Shown in pieces: positions 1 to 8,025 of a DNA stretch of 32,000 nt. A model generated the notes under the pieces. That model worked only from the letters and a program-made list of their open reading frames with translations, was not told where the DNA came from and did no database searches. Source of the DNA: Geotalea uraniireducens Rf4. GTDB lineage: Bacteria > Desulfobacterota > Desulfuromonadia > Geobacterales > Geobacteraceae. Every line of letters starts with the position of its first letter. The first letter of the stretch is position 1. Position numbers and translations under genes: made by a program. The stretch covers positions 2,310,001 to 2,342,000 of the forward strand of contig NC_009483.1 of NCBI RefSeq assembly GCF_000016745.1, in the 5' to 3' direction.

Positions 1-1
1 C

Positions 2-754
2 GACGTAAATCCGCCCAAGGTGGCATTGGCATGCCGTCTGGTCTCAACGGGAGAAAATCCGGTTATTCTCGGGATCGATTCTGTTGCCTTGTCCGGTGAC
101 GACTCACCCGGCTTGCTCGGGCTCGGCCTGATAGAAAAACCGGGCGAGCTTATGGATAATGCCCTTAATCGCATCTCGGCATCCCTTTATCGTCAATTTG
201 AAGGGGTAAACGACATGAACGTCAGCCAACCGTGGATGAAAAAATTCAAGCCCAGGATATCTTACCGTTCGCCGAGCCTGGATATGGAACAGAAGCATAC
301 CATTGCGGTCATTCCGTTCCTTAATAAGAGTGGCCGCAAGAATGCCGGAGAGATTTTGGCGCTCCAGTTTGTCGAACAACTGGCAAAGATGAAAAAATTC
401 AACGTAATCGAACCGGGTATCGTTCGCCAGGAATTCCTGAAATTCAGGATCATCATGGAAGGGGGGGTCTCCCTTGCCAATGCCGATGTCATTTTCACCG
501 ACCTGGATGCCGACCTGATCTTCACCGGGGAGGTAATGGATTATCAGGACTATCAAGGCGCCATGGGCACCCCCACGGTCGGTTTTTCAATTATCGTGCT
601 GGACAGAAAAAGCCGGGAAGTTGTCTGGGCCTCTGAAAGTTACAACGATGGTGATGACAGGGTCTACTTTTTCGATGTGGGAAAAGTAAAGACCGCCGAA
701 GCAATGGCCTCTCAAATGACCCATGCGGTGGTGGATATGATGACGATAAAATAA
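2..754 (+). CDS. 5'-truncated envelope protein with a TolB-N/LpoB/CsgG-type alpha/beta lipoprotein fold (possibly DUF799-like); likely the last member of an upstream channel or lipoprotein set
   Basis: The frame is open from the window edge: no stop lies between nt 2 and the GTG at 20, and no signal peptide is visible, so the true start is upstream. The motif HTIAVIPFLNKSGRKNAGE is followed by FNVIEPG, LIFTGEVMDY and VGFSIIVLD, which matches the IAV(L/I)PFxNxSG pattern of TolB-N/LpoB/CsgG-like domains. The stop is at 752-754, and the next gene follows in the same direction after 60 nt. Confidence 0.5.
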   Translation, partial: DVNPPKVALACRLVSTGENPVILGIDSVALSGDDSPGLLGLGLIEKPGELMDNALNRISASLYRQFEGVNDMNVSQPWMKKFKPRISYRSPSLDMEQKHTIAVIPFLNKSGRKNAGEILALQFVEQLAKMKKFNVIEPGIVRQEFLKFRIIMEGGVSLANADVIFTDLDADLIFTGEVMDYQDYQGAMGTPTVGFSIIVLDRKSREVVWASESYNDGDDRVYFFDVGKVKTAEAMASQMTHAVVDMMTIK

Positions 755-814
755 GATGTGGTTCAACGGGCAGGGCGTTATGCAGACAAACTGGAAATAA
801 TAAAAGGGAGCACT

Positions 815-2572
815 ATGAAACGGATTGCCAGGGTATCAGAAATTTGTTTGATCAGCTTGTTGCTTACCGGAACTGTCGGTTTCGCAGCCGACCAGAAGGA
901 GTTGCCTGCAATTGTCAAAGAGGACGTGAAAGAGGGTGCTGTCCCGGTTGCAGAGACACAAATTACCTTGAAGGTGCCTCTTTTTTCGCCGCTTTTTGCC
1001 TCTTTTCCCGTGGCAACGGTAGGTGACGAGCAGGTAACACTCGATGAGCTCAATAAATCCCTTGCAGCGCTCCATGAAAGGGCGGGTGAGGATAAAACTG
1101 CCGGCAGGAAAAAGTACGTCACGGTCCTCAATCGGCTCATCAACAGCAGACTGATCGTCCAGGAAGCAGAGAGCATGGGGCTTGAAGAGTTGCCGGAAGT
1201 GAAGCAGAAGCTGGACGATTTCCCCAGGATGGCCTTGAAGGAAGAGTTGAAAGACCTGCAGATAAAGAGTCTGCAACCCGATGCAACTGAAGTGGAGAAA
1301 TACTACAAGGAAGCGGTCAAGGAATGGAAGATAAAATCGGTAAAATTCGAGAAAGAGGATGATGCGAAAGAGCTGGCGCGGACAGTTCAAGCCGGCGGCA
1401 ATTTCGATGAACTGGTCAATACGCTTATTGACAGCGGTAAGGCTACGGGAACCAAGGAGGGGGAGTACGTAAAGGCCAGGGATCTTCTTCCCCAGGTGGC
1501 GAACGTCGTAGCAGGAATGCGGGCCGGTTCGGTGAGCCCGGTTATCCAGGTAGGGCCGTCTTATGCGATCTTCAAGCTTGAAGACGTGCGCTATCCTGCC
1601 GGCAATGCCGAGGCGCAGGACGCGGCACGGGAGCAGGCACTCGCCATGAAGCAGATCGAGGCTCTTGCTGCGTACAACAAGTCGCTGACCAAAAAATATG
1701 CAAAAATCAATCAGAAACTTCTGGATAAACTGGATTTCGAGGCTGCAAAACCGGGATTCGCTCAACTCTTAAAGGACAGAAGGGTTGTCGTGGAGATCAA
1801 GGGGGACAAGCCGATAACGGTTGCCGATATGGCGGAATCCCTCAGCCAGAAGTTCTTCCACGGTATTGATGAGGCGATCAAGGGGAAGAGAATTAACGAG
1901 CAGAAGATGTCTGCCCTTTATGACATATTTTATGCCAGGCTGTATCTCAAGGAAGCGAAAAAACTGGGAATTGACAAGACCGGGCATTACAAAGACAGGA
2001 TCAAGGATTTCAAGGATTCTCTGCTCTTCGGCATGTTCATCCAGAAAGTCGTAGCCCCTGAAATCAAGGTGAGCGATGACGAAACCAAGGCTTACTATAA
2101 CAAGCATATCGGCGACTATTCAACCCCGGAGCTGTTGAGAATCAAGGGGCTCGCCTTCACCCGGAAGGAGTATGCCGAAGCCGCCATCGACAAGTTGCGA
2201 AAAGGGACGGAGTATCAATGGTTGCAGGCCAATGCCGAGGGTCAGGCAGCTAAAGAGAGCGCGGGATTACTCGAATTTTCCCCAACGCCGGTTACCCGCA
2301 ACGGTCTTCCGGAAAAAATGCAGGAGGCGACGGCAGGGGGAAAGGCGGGAGAATACCGGCTGTATGAGAGCCCCGAAGGGTTTTTCTATGTCCTGTTGAT
2401 CCAGGACGTGGTTCCGGCAAAACCTCAGCCGCTGGAAAATGTCCAAAAAGTCATCGTCAAGAAACTGTTCAATGCCAAGCTTAATCAGGCGGTTGAAGAA
2501 TGGGGCGTTAAGCTGAGGGATGCCTATAAGGTGCAGGTCTATATAACCGACTTAGGAGCTGTAAACAAATAA
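815..2572 (+). CDS. Periplasmic SurA/PpiD-like chaperone with two parvulin (PpiC-type) peptidyl-prolyl isomerase-like domains
   Basis: ATG 815 is preceded by AAGGGAG (804-810); the ORF-track start at 758 lacks an RBS. The signal peptide is MKRIARVSEICLISLLLTGTVGFAADQ. A helical SurA-N-like region precedes two parvulin-like segments (GGNFDELV...GSVSPVIQVGPSYAIFKLEDV and GEYRLYESPEGFFYVLLIQDV). Confidence 0.65.
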   Translation: MKRIARVSEICLISLLLTGTVGFAADQKELPAIVKEDVKEGAVPVAETQITLKVPLFSPLFASFPVATVGDEQVTLDELNKSLAALHERAGEDKTAGRKKYVTVLNRLINSRLIVQEAESMGLEELPEVKQKLDDFPRMALKEELKDLQIKSLQPDATEVEKYYKEAVKEWKIKSVKFEKEDDAKELARTVQAGGNFDELVNTLIDSGKATGTKEGEYVKARDLLPQVANVVAGMRAGSVSPVIQVGPSYAIFKLEDVRYPAGNAEAQDAAREQALAMKQIEALAAYNKSLTKKYAKINQKLLDKLDFEAAKPGFAQLLKDRRVVVEIKGDKPITVADMAESLSQKFFHGIDEAIKGKRINEQKMSALYDIFYARLYLKEAKKLGIDKTGHYKDRIKDFKDSLLFGMFIQKVVAPEIKVSDDETKAYYNKHIGDYSTPELLRIKGLAFTRKEYAEAAIDKLRKGTEYQWLQANAEGQAAKESAGLLEFSPTPVTRNGLPEKMQEATAGGKAGEYRLYESPEGFFYVLLIQDVVPAKPQPLENVQKVIVKKLFNAKLNQAVEEWGVKLRDAYKVQVYITDLGAVNK

Positions 2573-2645
2573 CATGGGCATCTTGCACGCAATTTTGACC
2601 ATGATATTCATTTACAGCTCCTTAGGTAAATCGTGGAGAGAAATC

Positions 2646-4622
2646 ATGCCGGCATTACTAAATAAAAGAATATCCGTAAGTTCCTTGTTGCTGATAATCT
2701 TGTGCGGTTCCGCGGTGCTTTTAGCAAGCAAGCCTTCGCTGGCGGCGAGGACCTTTGCCCGCAAGGAATGCCTGGACTGCCACAAAAAATTTGCTGATAA
2801 ATACCTGTCCATGAAAGACGTTCATGGCGTGGTCAAGGAGAAGAAGTGCGAGGAGTGCCACCTCCGCCATGGGGTGGTCCCAAAGTTACTCCTGAAAGAG
2901 ACGGGCAACACTCTCTGCTTTAAATGCCACAGCAAAGAAAAAGCAGCGATGAACAAAGGCAACATCCACACGGCGCTCAAGACCGGCAAATGCACCCTCT
3001 GCCACAATCCCCATGCCTCCAACGGCAGCCATCTCCTGAAGGCGGAGGGGAACGACGTCTGTTTCCAGTGCCACAAGAAAGAAGGATACCAGAAGAAGTT
3101 CGTCCACGGGGTGATAACGAAGGAGGGGTGCCGGGCGTGTCATTTCTCCCACAGCTCGGACGAAAAGTATCTCCTGACAAAAGCGGAGCCCAAGCTCTGC
3201 CTTGCCTGCCATGACAGCGCCAGTGCGGCATTCAGGAAAGCCCATGGAAGCTACCCGGTGGAAACGAAACGCTGCACCATCTGCCACACCCCCCATTCGT
3301 CCGATCAGGCAAAGCTCCTGAAGACAAGCACCCACAATCCGGTCACCTCGGCCGGATGCGATGGTTGCCACGACGCCGCGACATCGCCTAAGCCGTTTGC
3401 GACCACAGCGAGCGGCAGCGCCCTCTGCTACCAGTGCCATGACGCAAATACCCTCAAAGCCGGCGGAACCATGGAACACGCCCCTTTCAAGGGTGGCAAC
3501 TGCCTCGCCTGTCACAATCCCCATACCTCCGACTATCCGAAGCTCCTGGCCGACGATGGCAACAAACTCTGCTTCGGCTGTCACAAGGAAAAGGCGGCCA
3601 CTCCGGCCGTTCCCCATGCAGCGGTCAAAAACGGAAAAGGGTGTCTCTCCTGTCACAAAGCCCATGCTGCACAAAACAAGGGGCTTCTTCTGGCAAAAGA
3701 TGCGGAGCTTTGCTTCCCCTGTCATGCCAAGACCAGGGAGGCACAAAAGAGTAAGAACGTCCATGTCCCCTTTGCCGGTGGTGAGTGCAGTGCCTGCCAC
3801 AACCCCCATGGCTCGAATATCCCGAATATGATGAAGGACAGGATGGACAATGTCTGTTACAGCTGCCATCCCGATGCCGAGACCAAGTTCAAGAAGACGT
3901 ACACCCATAAGCCGGTGGCCGATGCCAACTGTACCGCCTGCCATAAGGCACATGGGTCCGAAGACAAGAAACTCCTCAAGTCGACCGGGGCCAAGCTATG
4001 CAGCCAGTGCCATGGCGAACTGATGAAGGAGGCGGTGGGTGGCTCCAATCATCTGCCGTTTAAAGGCGGTGAGTGCCTCACCTGCCATGACACCCATGGC
4101 AGCAATGTGGCGGGAATGCTGGTCAAGAAACAGGATTCCTTGTGCTTCGACTGTCATGTTGAGACGGAGAAAGGGCTCAAGAGCGCCAAAAGCAAACATC
4201 AGCCGATGGTAACCGGGGAGTGCTGCAAATGTCACAGCCCCCACAAGTCGTCGCTCAACAAGCTTCTGCTGGCGCAGAGCCCGGACATGTGTCTGACCTG
4301 CCATAAGGCCCTCAAAGAGAAGATCACCAAGGAGAAAGTCCATTCGCCGGCGGCAAAGGATTGCCTGCAATGCCATAATCCCCATTATGCGGCCTCATCC
4401 TCCCTGACCGTCCAGCCGATGCTGGAGTTGTGCGGGCAATGCCATGACACGAAGGACGCGGTCTTTAACAAGGATCACCTCAACATCGCCGCCGCTGCCA
4501 TGAATTGCATGAGCTGCCATAATCCCCACGCCTCACAGGACCCGAAATTCTTCAAGGAGACGACCCATGCGCCCTTTGCGGCAAGGTCGTGCGACGATTG
4601 CCATATCGTCGGCAAGCAGTGA
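2646..4622 (+). CDS. Secreted multihaem c-type cytochrome with 26 CXXCH motifs, built from repeated dihaem modules
   Basis: ATG 2646 follows GGAGAG (2634-2639). The N-terminal signal or anchor is ISVSSLLLIILCGSAVLLASKPSLAA. I counted 26 CXXCH motifs in 658 aa, about 25 aa per haem. The recurring unit is H-x(6-9)-CxxCH-xPH-x(8-12)-LL-x(6-9)-CxxCH. Confidence 0.9.
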   Translation: MPALLNKRISVSSLLLIILCGSAVLLASKPSLAARTFARKECLDCHKKFADKYLSMKDVHGVVKEKKCEECHLRHGVVPKLLLKETGNTLCFKCHSKEKAAMNKGNIHTALKTGKCTLCHNPHASNGSHLLKAEGNDVCFQCHKKEGYQKKFVHGVITKEGCRACHFSHSSDEKYLLTKAEPKLCLACHDSASAAFRKAHGSYPVETKRCTICHTPHSSDQAKLLKTSTHNPVTSAGCDGCHDAATSPKPFATTASGSALCYQCHDANTLKAGGTMEHAPFKGGNCLACHNPHTSDYPKLLADDGNKLCFGCHKEKAATPAVPHAAVKNGKGCLSCHKAHAAQNKGLLLAKDAELCFPCHAKTREAQKSKNVHVPFAGGECSACHNPHGSNIPNMMKDRMDNVCYSCHPDAETKFKKTYTHKPVADANCTACHKAHGSEDKKLLKSTGAKLCSQCHGELMKEAVGGSNHLPFKGGECLTCHDTHGSNVAGMLVKKQDSLCFDCHVETEKGLKSAKSKHQPMVTGECCKCHSPHKSSLNKLLLAQSPDMCLTCHKALKEKITKEKVHSPAAKDCLQCHNPHYAASSSLTVQPMLELCGQCHDTKDAVFNKDHLNIAAAAMNCMSCHNPHASQDPKFFKETTHAPFAARSCDDCHIVGKQ

Positions 4623-4635
4623 AAAAGGAGTCACT

Positions 4636-5919
4636 ATGAAGTCATCATCAGGAATAGCAGTTGCTCTGTTTACGGTAATCATTTCCCTGATTGTTATTTC
4701 ACTCTCGTATTCCCAGGAGAGTGCGCTGAAGTTTAAACTGAAACCGGGCGCCAATGGCAAGCTCTGCTTGAACTGCCATGCCGGTTTCCAGGAGAAGCTC
4801 AAGAAACCTTTCGTGCATACGCCGGTAAAGGCGGGGGAGTGTACCGGTTGCCACAGTCCGCATACGTCATCACACGGCAAACTGCTCGCTGCCGATCCCA
4901 AAAAAATCTGCTACTCGTGCCATGCCCTGATCTCCCATGCGACCGACCGCAGCGTGCACAAGGTGGTTGCGGAAGGGAACTGCGTAAAATGCCACGATCC
5001 CCATGCTGCGAACAACAAGAATAACCTGCTGAAGGCCGGCAACGAGCTTTGCCTGGAATGCCACAAAGGGATGGGAGACACCCTTGCGAAGGTTAAATTC
5101 AAGCACACCCCCGTGGCAAAGGGATGTCTCAACTGCCACGACCCCCATGCATCCTCAAAATTCGGGTTTCTCCTGAAGAACGATGTGCCCGCTCTCTGTA
5201 TCGGCTGCCACAAGATTGACCGGCCTATCTTTGCCAAGCAGCACATGAACTATCCGGTGGCAAAGTCCCGTTGTACCTCCTGTCATAATCCGCACGGTTC
5301 CGATAATCCGGGCATACTGTTCAACACCGTGCACAAACCGGTTGCCAACAAGCAGTGCAACCAGTGTCACGATGAACCAACCTCGGCAGCTCCCCTCAAC
5401 ACTAAACGGATAGGCTATGAGTTGTGTAAAGGTTGTCACAACGACATGGTGAATCGGACCTTCGGCAAAAAACAGATGCACTGGCCTTTGCTCAGCAAGG
5501 AAGGTTGCCTGACCTGCCATAATCCCCATGCAGCGCCCAGGAAAGGGTTGTTGAAGGACAACATGATTTCACTGTGCGGCAAATGCCACAAGGACACCAT
5601 AAAACGACAGGAGCAGTCGCTCACCAAGCACCAGCCGATCCAGGAGGGAGATTGCGCAGCCTGTCACAACCCACATGCGTCGGATAATCCGTTTCTCACT
5701 ATCCAGCCGTCGACGATCGAGTTGTGCGGCGCCTGCCATGACTGGCAGAAGCATTCAACCCATCCGATCGGGGACAAGTTCAAGGACCCGCGAGACAAGA
5801 ACATTACGGTGCAATGCCTGAGCTGTCACCGGTCCCATGGTACGGAATACAAGCATTTCATACCGTTCTCCACCACCACGGAGCTCTGCACCCAGTGCCA
5901 TGAACAATTAAAGAGGTGA
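4636..5919 (+). CDS. Secreted multihaem c-type cytochrome with 16 CXXCH motifs, same dihaem-module family
   Basis: ATG 4636 follows AAGGAG (4625-4630) and lies 14 nt after the upstream stop. The signal peptide is SSSGIAVALFTVIISLIVISLSYSQ. There are 16 CXXCH motifs in 427 aa, with the same CxxCHxPH modules as the upstream gene. Confidence 0.9.
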   Translation: MKSSSGIAVALFTVIISLIVISLSYSQESALKFKLKPGANGKLCLNCHAGFQEKLKKPFVHTPVKAGECTGCHSPHTSSHGKLLAADPKKICYSCHALISHATDRSVHKVVAEGNCVKCHDPHAANNKNNLLKAGNELCLECHKGMGDTLAKVKFKHTPVAKGCLNCHDPHASSKFGFLLKNDVPALCIGCHKIDRPIFAKQHMNYPVAKSRCTSCHNPHGSDNPGILFNTVHKPVANKQCNQCHDEPTSAAPLNTKRIGYELCKGCHNDMVNRTFGKKQMHWPLLSKEGCLTCHNPHAAPRKGLLKDNMISLCGKCHKDTIKRQEQSLTKHQPIQEGDCAACHNPHASDNPFLTIQPSTIELCGACHDWQKHSTHPIGDKFKDPRDKNITVQCLSCHRSHGTEYKHFIPFSTTTELCTQCHEQLKR

Positions 5920-5923
5920 AACG

Positions 5924-6835
5924 ATGAGAACAGGTCCAATACGTCATATGTTCATTGCCGCTGCCCTGGTCTGCCTCCTGCCCGTGCTTTGTTGCGGCGC
6001 CGAGACGGTAAAACTGAGGCATATAACGACTCTCTACGCCGATGAAAAAGGTGGCGAGCTGAAAAATCCCGCAGGGGTGGCATGCAACGAGACTTCTCTG
6101 CTGGTTGCCGACTCGGGAAACGGCCGTCTACTCCGCTACGCATTGCAGGGAGACGTGCTGAAAGGTGGGGCCGAGATCAAAATTCCTCAGCTTGCCAATC
6201 CGGTCAGAGTCCAGTTCGGTCCGAAGGGGGAGTTATTTGTCTTCGATGCCAAACAGCGCCGAATAGCACGTTTGAGTAGCGACGGTGCCTTTATCGGCTA
6301 TCTTGACCCCCAAGGCGTGCCTGCTCCGGCATCCTATGTTCCCACTGGCTTCAAAATCGACACCGAAGGCCGCATCTATCTGCTCGATATCTTTTCAGAA
6401 CGGGTGCTGATTCTGGATCAGGCCGGGAAATACGTGGCGCAGATTCCGTTCCCTAAAGGATACGGGTTTATTGTCGATCTGGCTGTAGACGCAAAGGGGA
6501 GCATTCTGTTGATGGACAGCGCCGATGCGACGATCTTTACCGCCGCCAAAGACGCCGCCGTATTCACTCCCTTGGTAAAAAACCTGCAGGAATATATGAA
6601 TTTCCCCGGTTACATCACTACCGATTCCCGGGGGATCATCTACGTGGTGGACCAGAACGGCGGAGCAATCGTCATTTTGGGCCAGGACGGCTCTTTCCTG
6701 GGACGGCAGTTGAGCATGGGGAGAAAGAACGGTCTCCTCTACTACCCTGCGCAAATCTGCCTGACCGGTGCGGATAGTCTGTTTGTTGCAGACAAGGATA
6801 ACAGCAGGGTTCAGCTGTTTGAGATGGTCAGATAG
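5924..6835 (+). CDS. Secreted six-bladed NHL-repeat beta-propeller protein
   Basis: ATG 5924 lies 5 nt after the upstream stop, and the RBS AAGAGG (5911-5916) sits immediately upstream of that stop codon (5917-5919). It has a hydrophobic N-terminus. Six NHL-like blades can be read: NPAGVAC..LLVADSGNGRLLRY, NPVRVQFGPKGELFVFDAKQRRIARL, GFKIDTEGRIYLLDIFSERVLILD, IVDLAVDAKGSILLMDSAD, YITTDSRGIIYVVDQNGGAIVIL and YYPAQICLTGADSLFVADKDNSRVQLF. No CXXCH motif is present. Confidence 0.75.
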   Translation: MRTGPIRHMFIAAALVCLLPVLCCGAETVKLRHITTLYADEKGGELKNPAGVACNETSLLVADSGNGRLLRYALQGDVLKGGAEIKIPQLANPVRVQFGPKGELFVFDAKQRRIARLSSDGAFIGYLDPQGVPAPASYVPTGFKIDTEGRIYLLDIFSERVLILDQAGKYVAQIPFPKGYGFIVDLAVDAKGSILLMDSADATIFTAAKDAAVFTPLVKNLQEYMNFPGYITTDSRGIIYVVDQNGGAIVILGQDGSFLGRQLSMGRKNGLLYYPAQICLTGADSLFVADKDNSRVQLFEMVR

Positions 6836-6871
6836 TTTGCCGCATACACTAAATTGAACGGAGTAGGTGTA

Positions 6872-7390
6872 ATGAAACGATATACCGTTGTAACTTTACT
6901 TGGTCTGATTTTCTCTTTTGCAGCAGTTTTGTCTGCCCGGGCTGATTTCAACACCGGCCTCAGGGCTTATCAGCAGAAGGACTATGCAACGGCGCTGCGT
7001 GAATTCAAGGCCGATGGAGGCGCCCAGTCCAGCTACGCCCTCAGCATCATCTATTACAAGGGTGAGGGTGTGGAGCCGAACCGGAAGGAATCGGTAAAAT
7101 GGCTGCGCAAGTCCGCTGAGCAGGGGTTTGTCCGGGCGCAATACAATCTTGCCATGATGTACGACAAGGGGGACGGCGTTAACAAGGACCAGACCGAAGC
7201 CGCCAAGTGGTATCGGAAGGCGGCAGAAAAAGGGCATGCCCAGTCCCAGTTCAATATAGGCCTCATGTATACCAACGGTGAAGGGGTAGGCAAAGACAAA
7301 AAAGAGGCGGTAAAATGGTTACGCAAAGCCGCAAAGCAAGGGCATCCAAACGCGCAAAAACTTTTGAAGGTAATGGGTGAAAAGTATTGA
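6872..7390 (+). CDS. Secreted Sel1-repeat (TPR-like) protein, about 4 repeats
   Basis: ATG 6872 follows GGAGTAGG. The signal peptide is MKRYTVVTLLGLIFSFAAVLSARA. Sel1 units repeat: SVKWLRKSAEQGFVRAQYNLAMMYDKGDGV, AAKWYRKAAEKGHAQSQFNIGLMYTNGEGV and AVKWLRKAAKQGHPNAQ. Confidence 0.85.
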   Translation: MKRYTVVTLLGLIFSFAAVLSARADFNTGLRAYQQKDYATALREFKADGGAQSSYALSIIYYKGEGVEPNRKESVKWLRKSAEQGFVRAQYNLAMMYDKGDGVNKDQTEAAKWYRKAAEKGHAQSQFNIGLMYTNGEGVGKDKKEAVKWLRKAAKQGHPNAQKLLKVMGEKY

Positions 7391-7421
7391 TATATTGCAT
7401 GTTCAAAAGGGGAGATTCTTT

Positions 7422-7748
7422 ATGAAACCGCTGAAAATGATCTGCCTCGTCTTTCTTATGATGACGGTTCTCATCCTGGGGTGCAACAGGACCGAGTCAC
7501 GATTGGTGGGGAAATGGAAAAATGTAAGCATGCCCGAAATTGTTGAATTCAGGGATAACAAGACGGGGGTGTTCGTTGTGCAGGGAAACCCCGGTCTGCC
7601 ATTTACCTGGACGGTTGTGGAAGGCAAGAGGGTAAAAATCGATATTCCTTATATGGGCAGAATCCAAACCTTGTTCGGAAAGGTTGCCGACGATGCCTTT
7701 GTCCTGGAAGGCAAAGGTGAACAGGCGGTCTACAAGAAAACCGAATAG
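7422..7748 (+). CDS. Small predicted lipoprotein (108 aa), function unknown
   Basis: ATG 7422 follows AAGGGGAG (7407-7414). A signal peptide ends in the lipobox-like LILGC. This is the last gene before the terminator. Confidence 0.6.
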   Translation: MKPLKMICLVFLMMTVLILGCNRTESRLVGKWKNVSMPEIVEFRDNKTGVFVVQGNPGLPFTWTVVEGKRVKIDIPYMGRIQTLFGKVADDAFVLEGKGEQAVYKKTE

Positions 7749-7792
7749 GACCGCATCGCCGAATCAAACCGAGCCTGGCGGTTTTCAGGAAC

Positions 7793-7826
7793 AAAAGGGG
7801 CGCTCCTGAAAGGGCACCCCTTTTTT
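7793..7826 (+). terminator. Rho-independent terminator of the cytochrome operon
   Basis: AAAAGGGG (7793-7800) pairs with CCCCTTTT, and an inner GCTC/GGGC stem extends the hairpin. It is followed by a T6 run (7821-7826), 45 nt after the stop at 7748. Confidence 0.75.
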
Positions 7827-7867
7827 ATGGTTCATCCCAGCAGTGTCCGTTAAGTTTTTGCATCCGC

Positions 7868-7999
7868 ACTTTCCCCCTCACCCTAACCCTCTCCTTTAGG
7901 CCCGCAATTTGGGTCCACAAGGGGCGAGGGGGCTTTAAAGCTCCCCTCCCTCGATGGACCCAAAGGGCCTAAAGGAGGGGGTGGGGGAGGGTGAAATTC
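7868..7999. repeat. Long imperfect palindrome (REP/MITE-like intergenic element) between convergent genes
   Basis: The left arm TTCCCCCTCACCCTAACCCTCTCCTTTAGGCCC...TTTGGGTCCA (7871-7917) is the near reverse complement of TGGACCCAAAGGGCCTAAAGGAGGGGGTGGGGGAGGGTGAAA (7955-7996). The inner segment GAGGGGGCTTTAAAGCTCCCCTC is itself nearly palindromic. Confidence 0.7.
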
Positions 8000-8025
8000 C
8001 GGGTCCAGTGAACGGCTGTTGTTAG

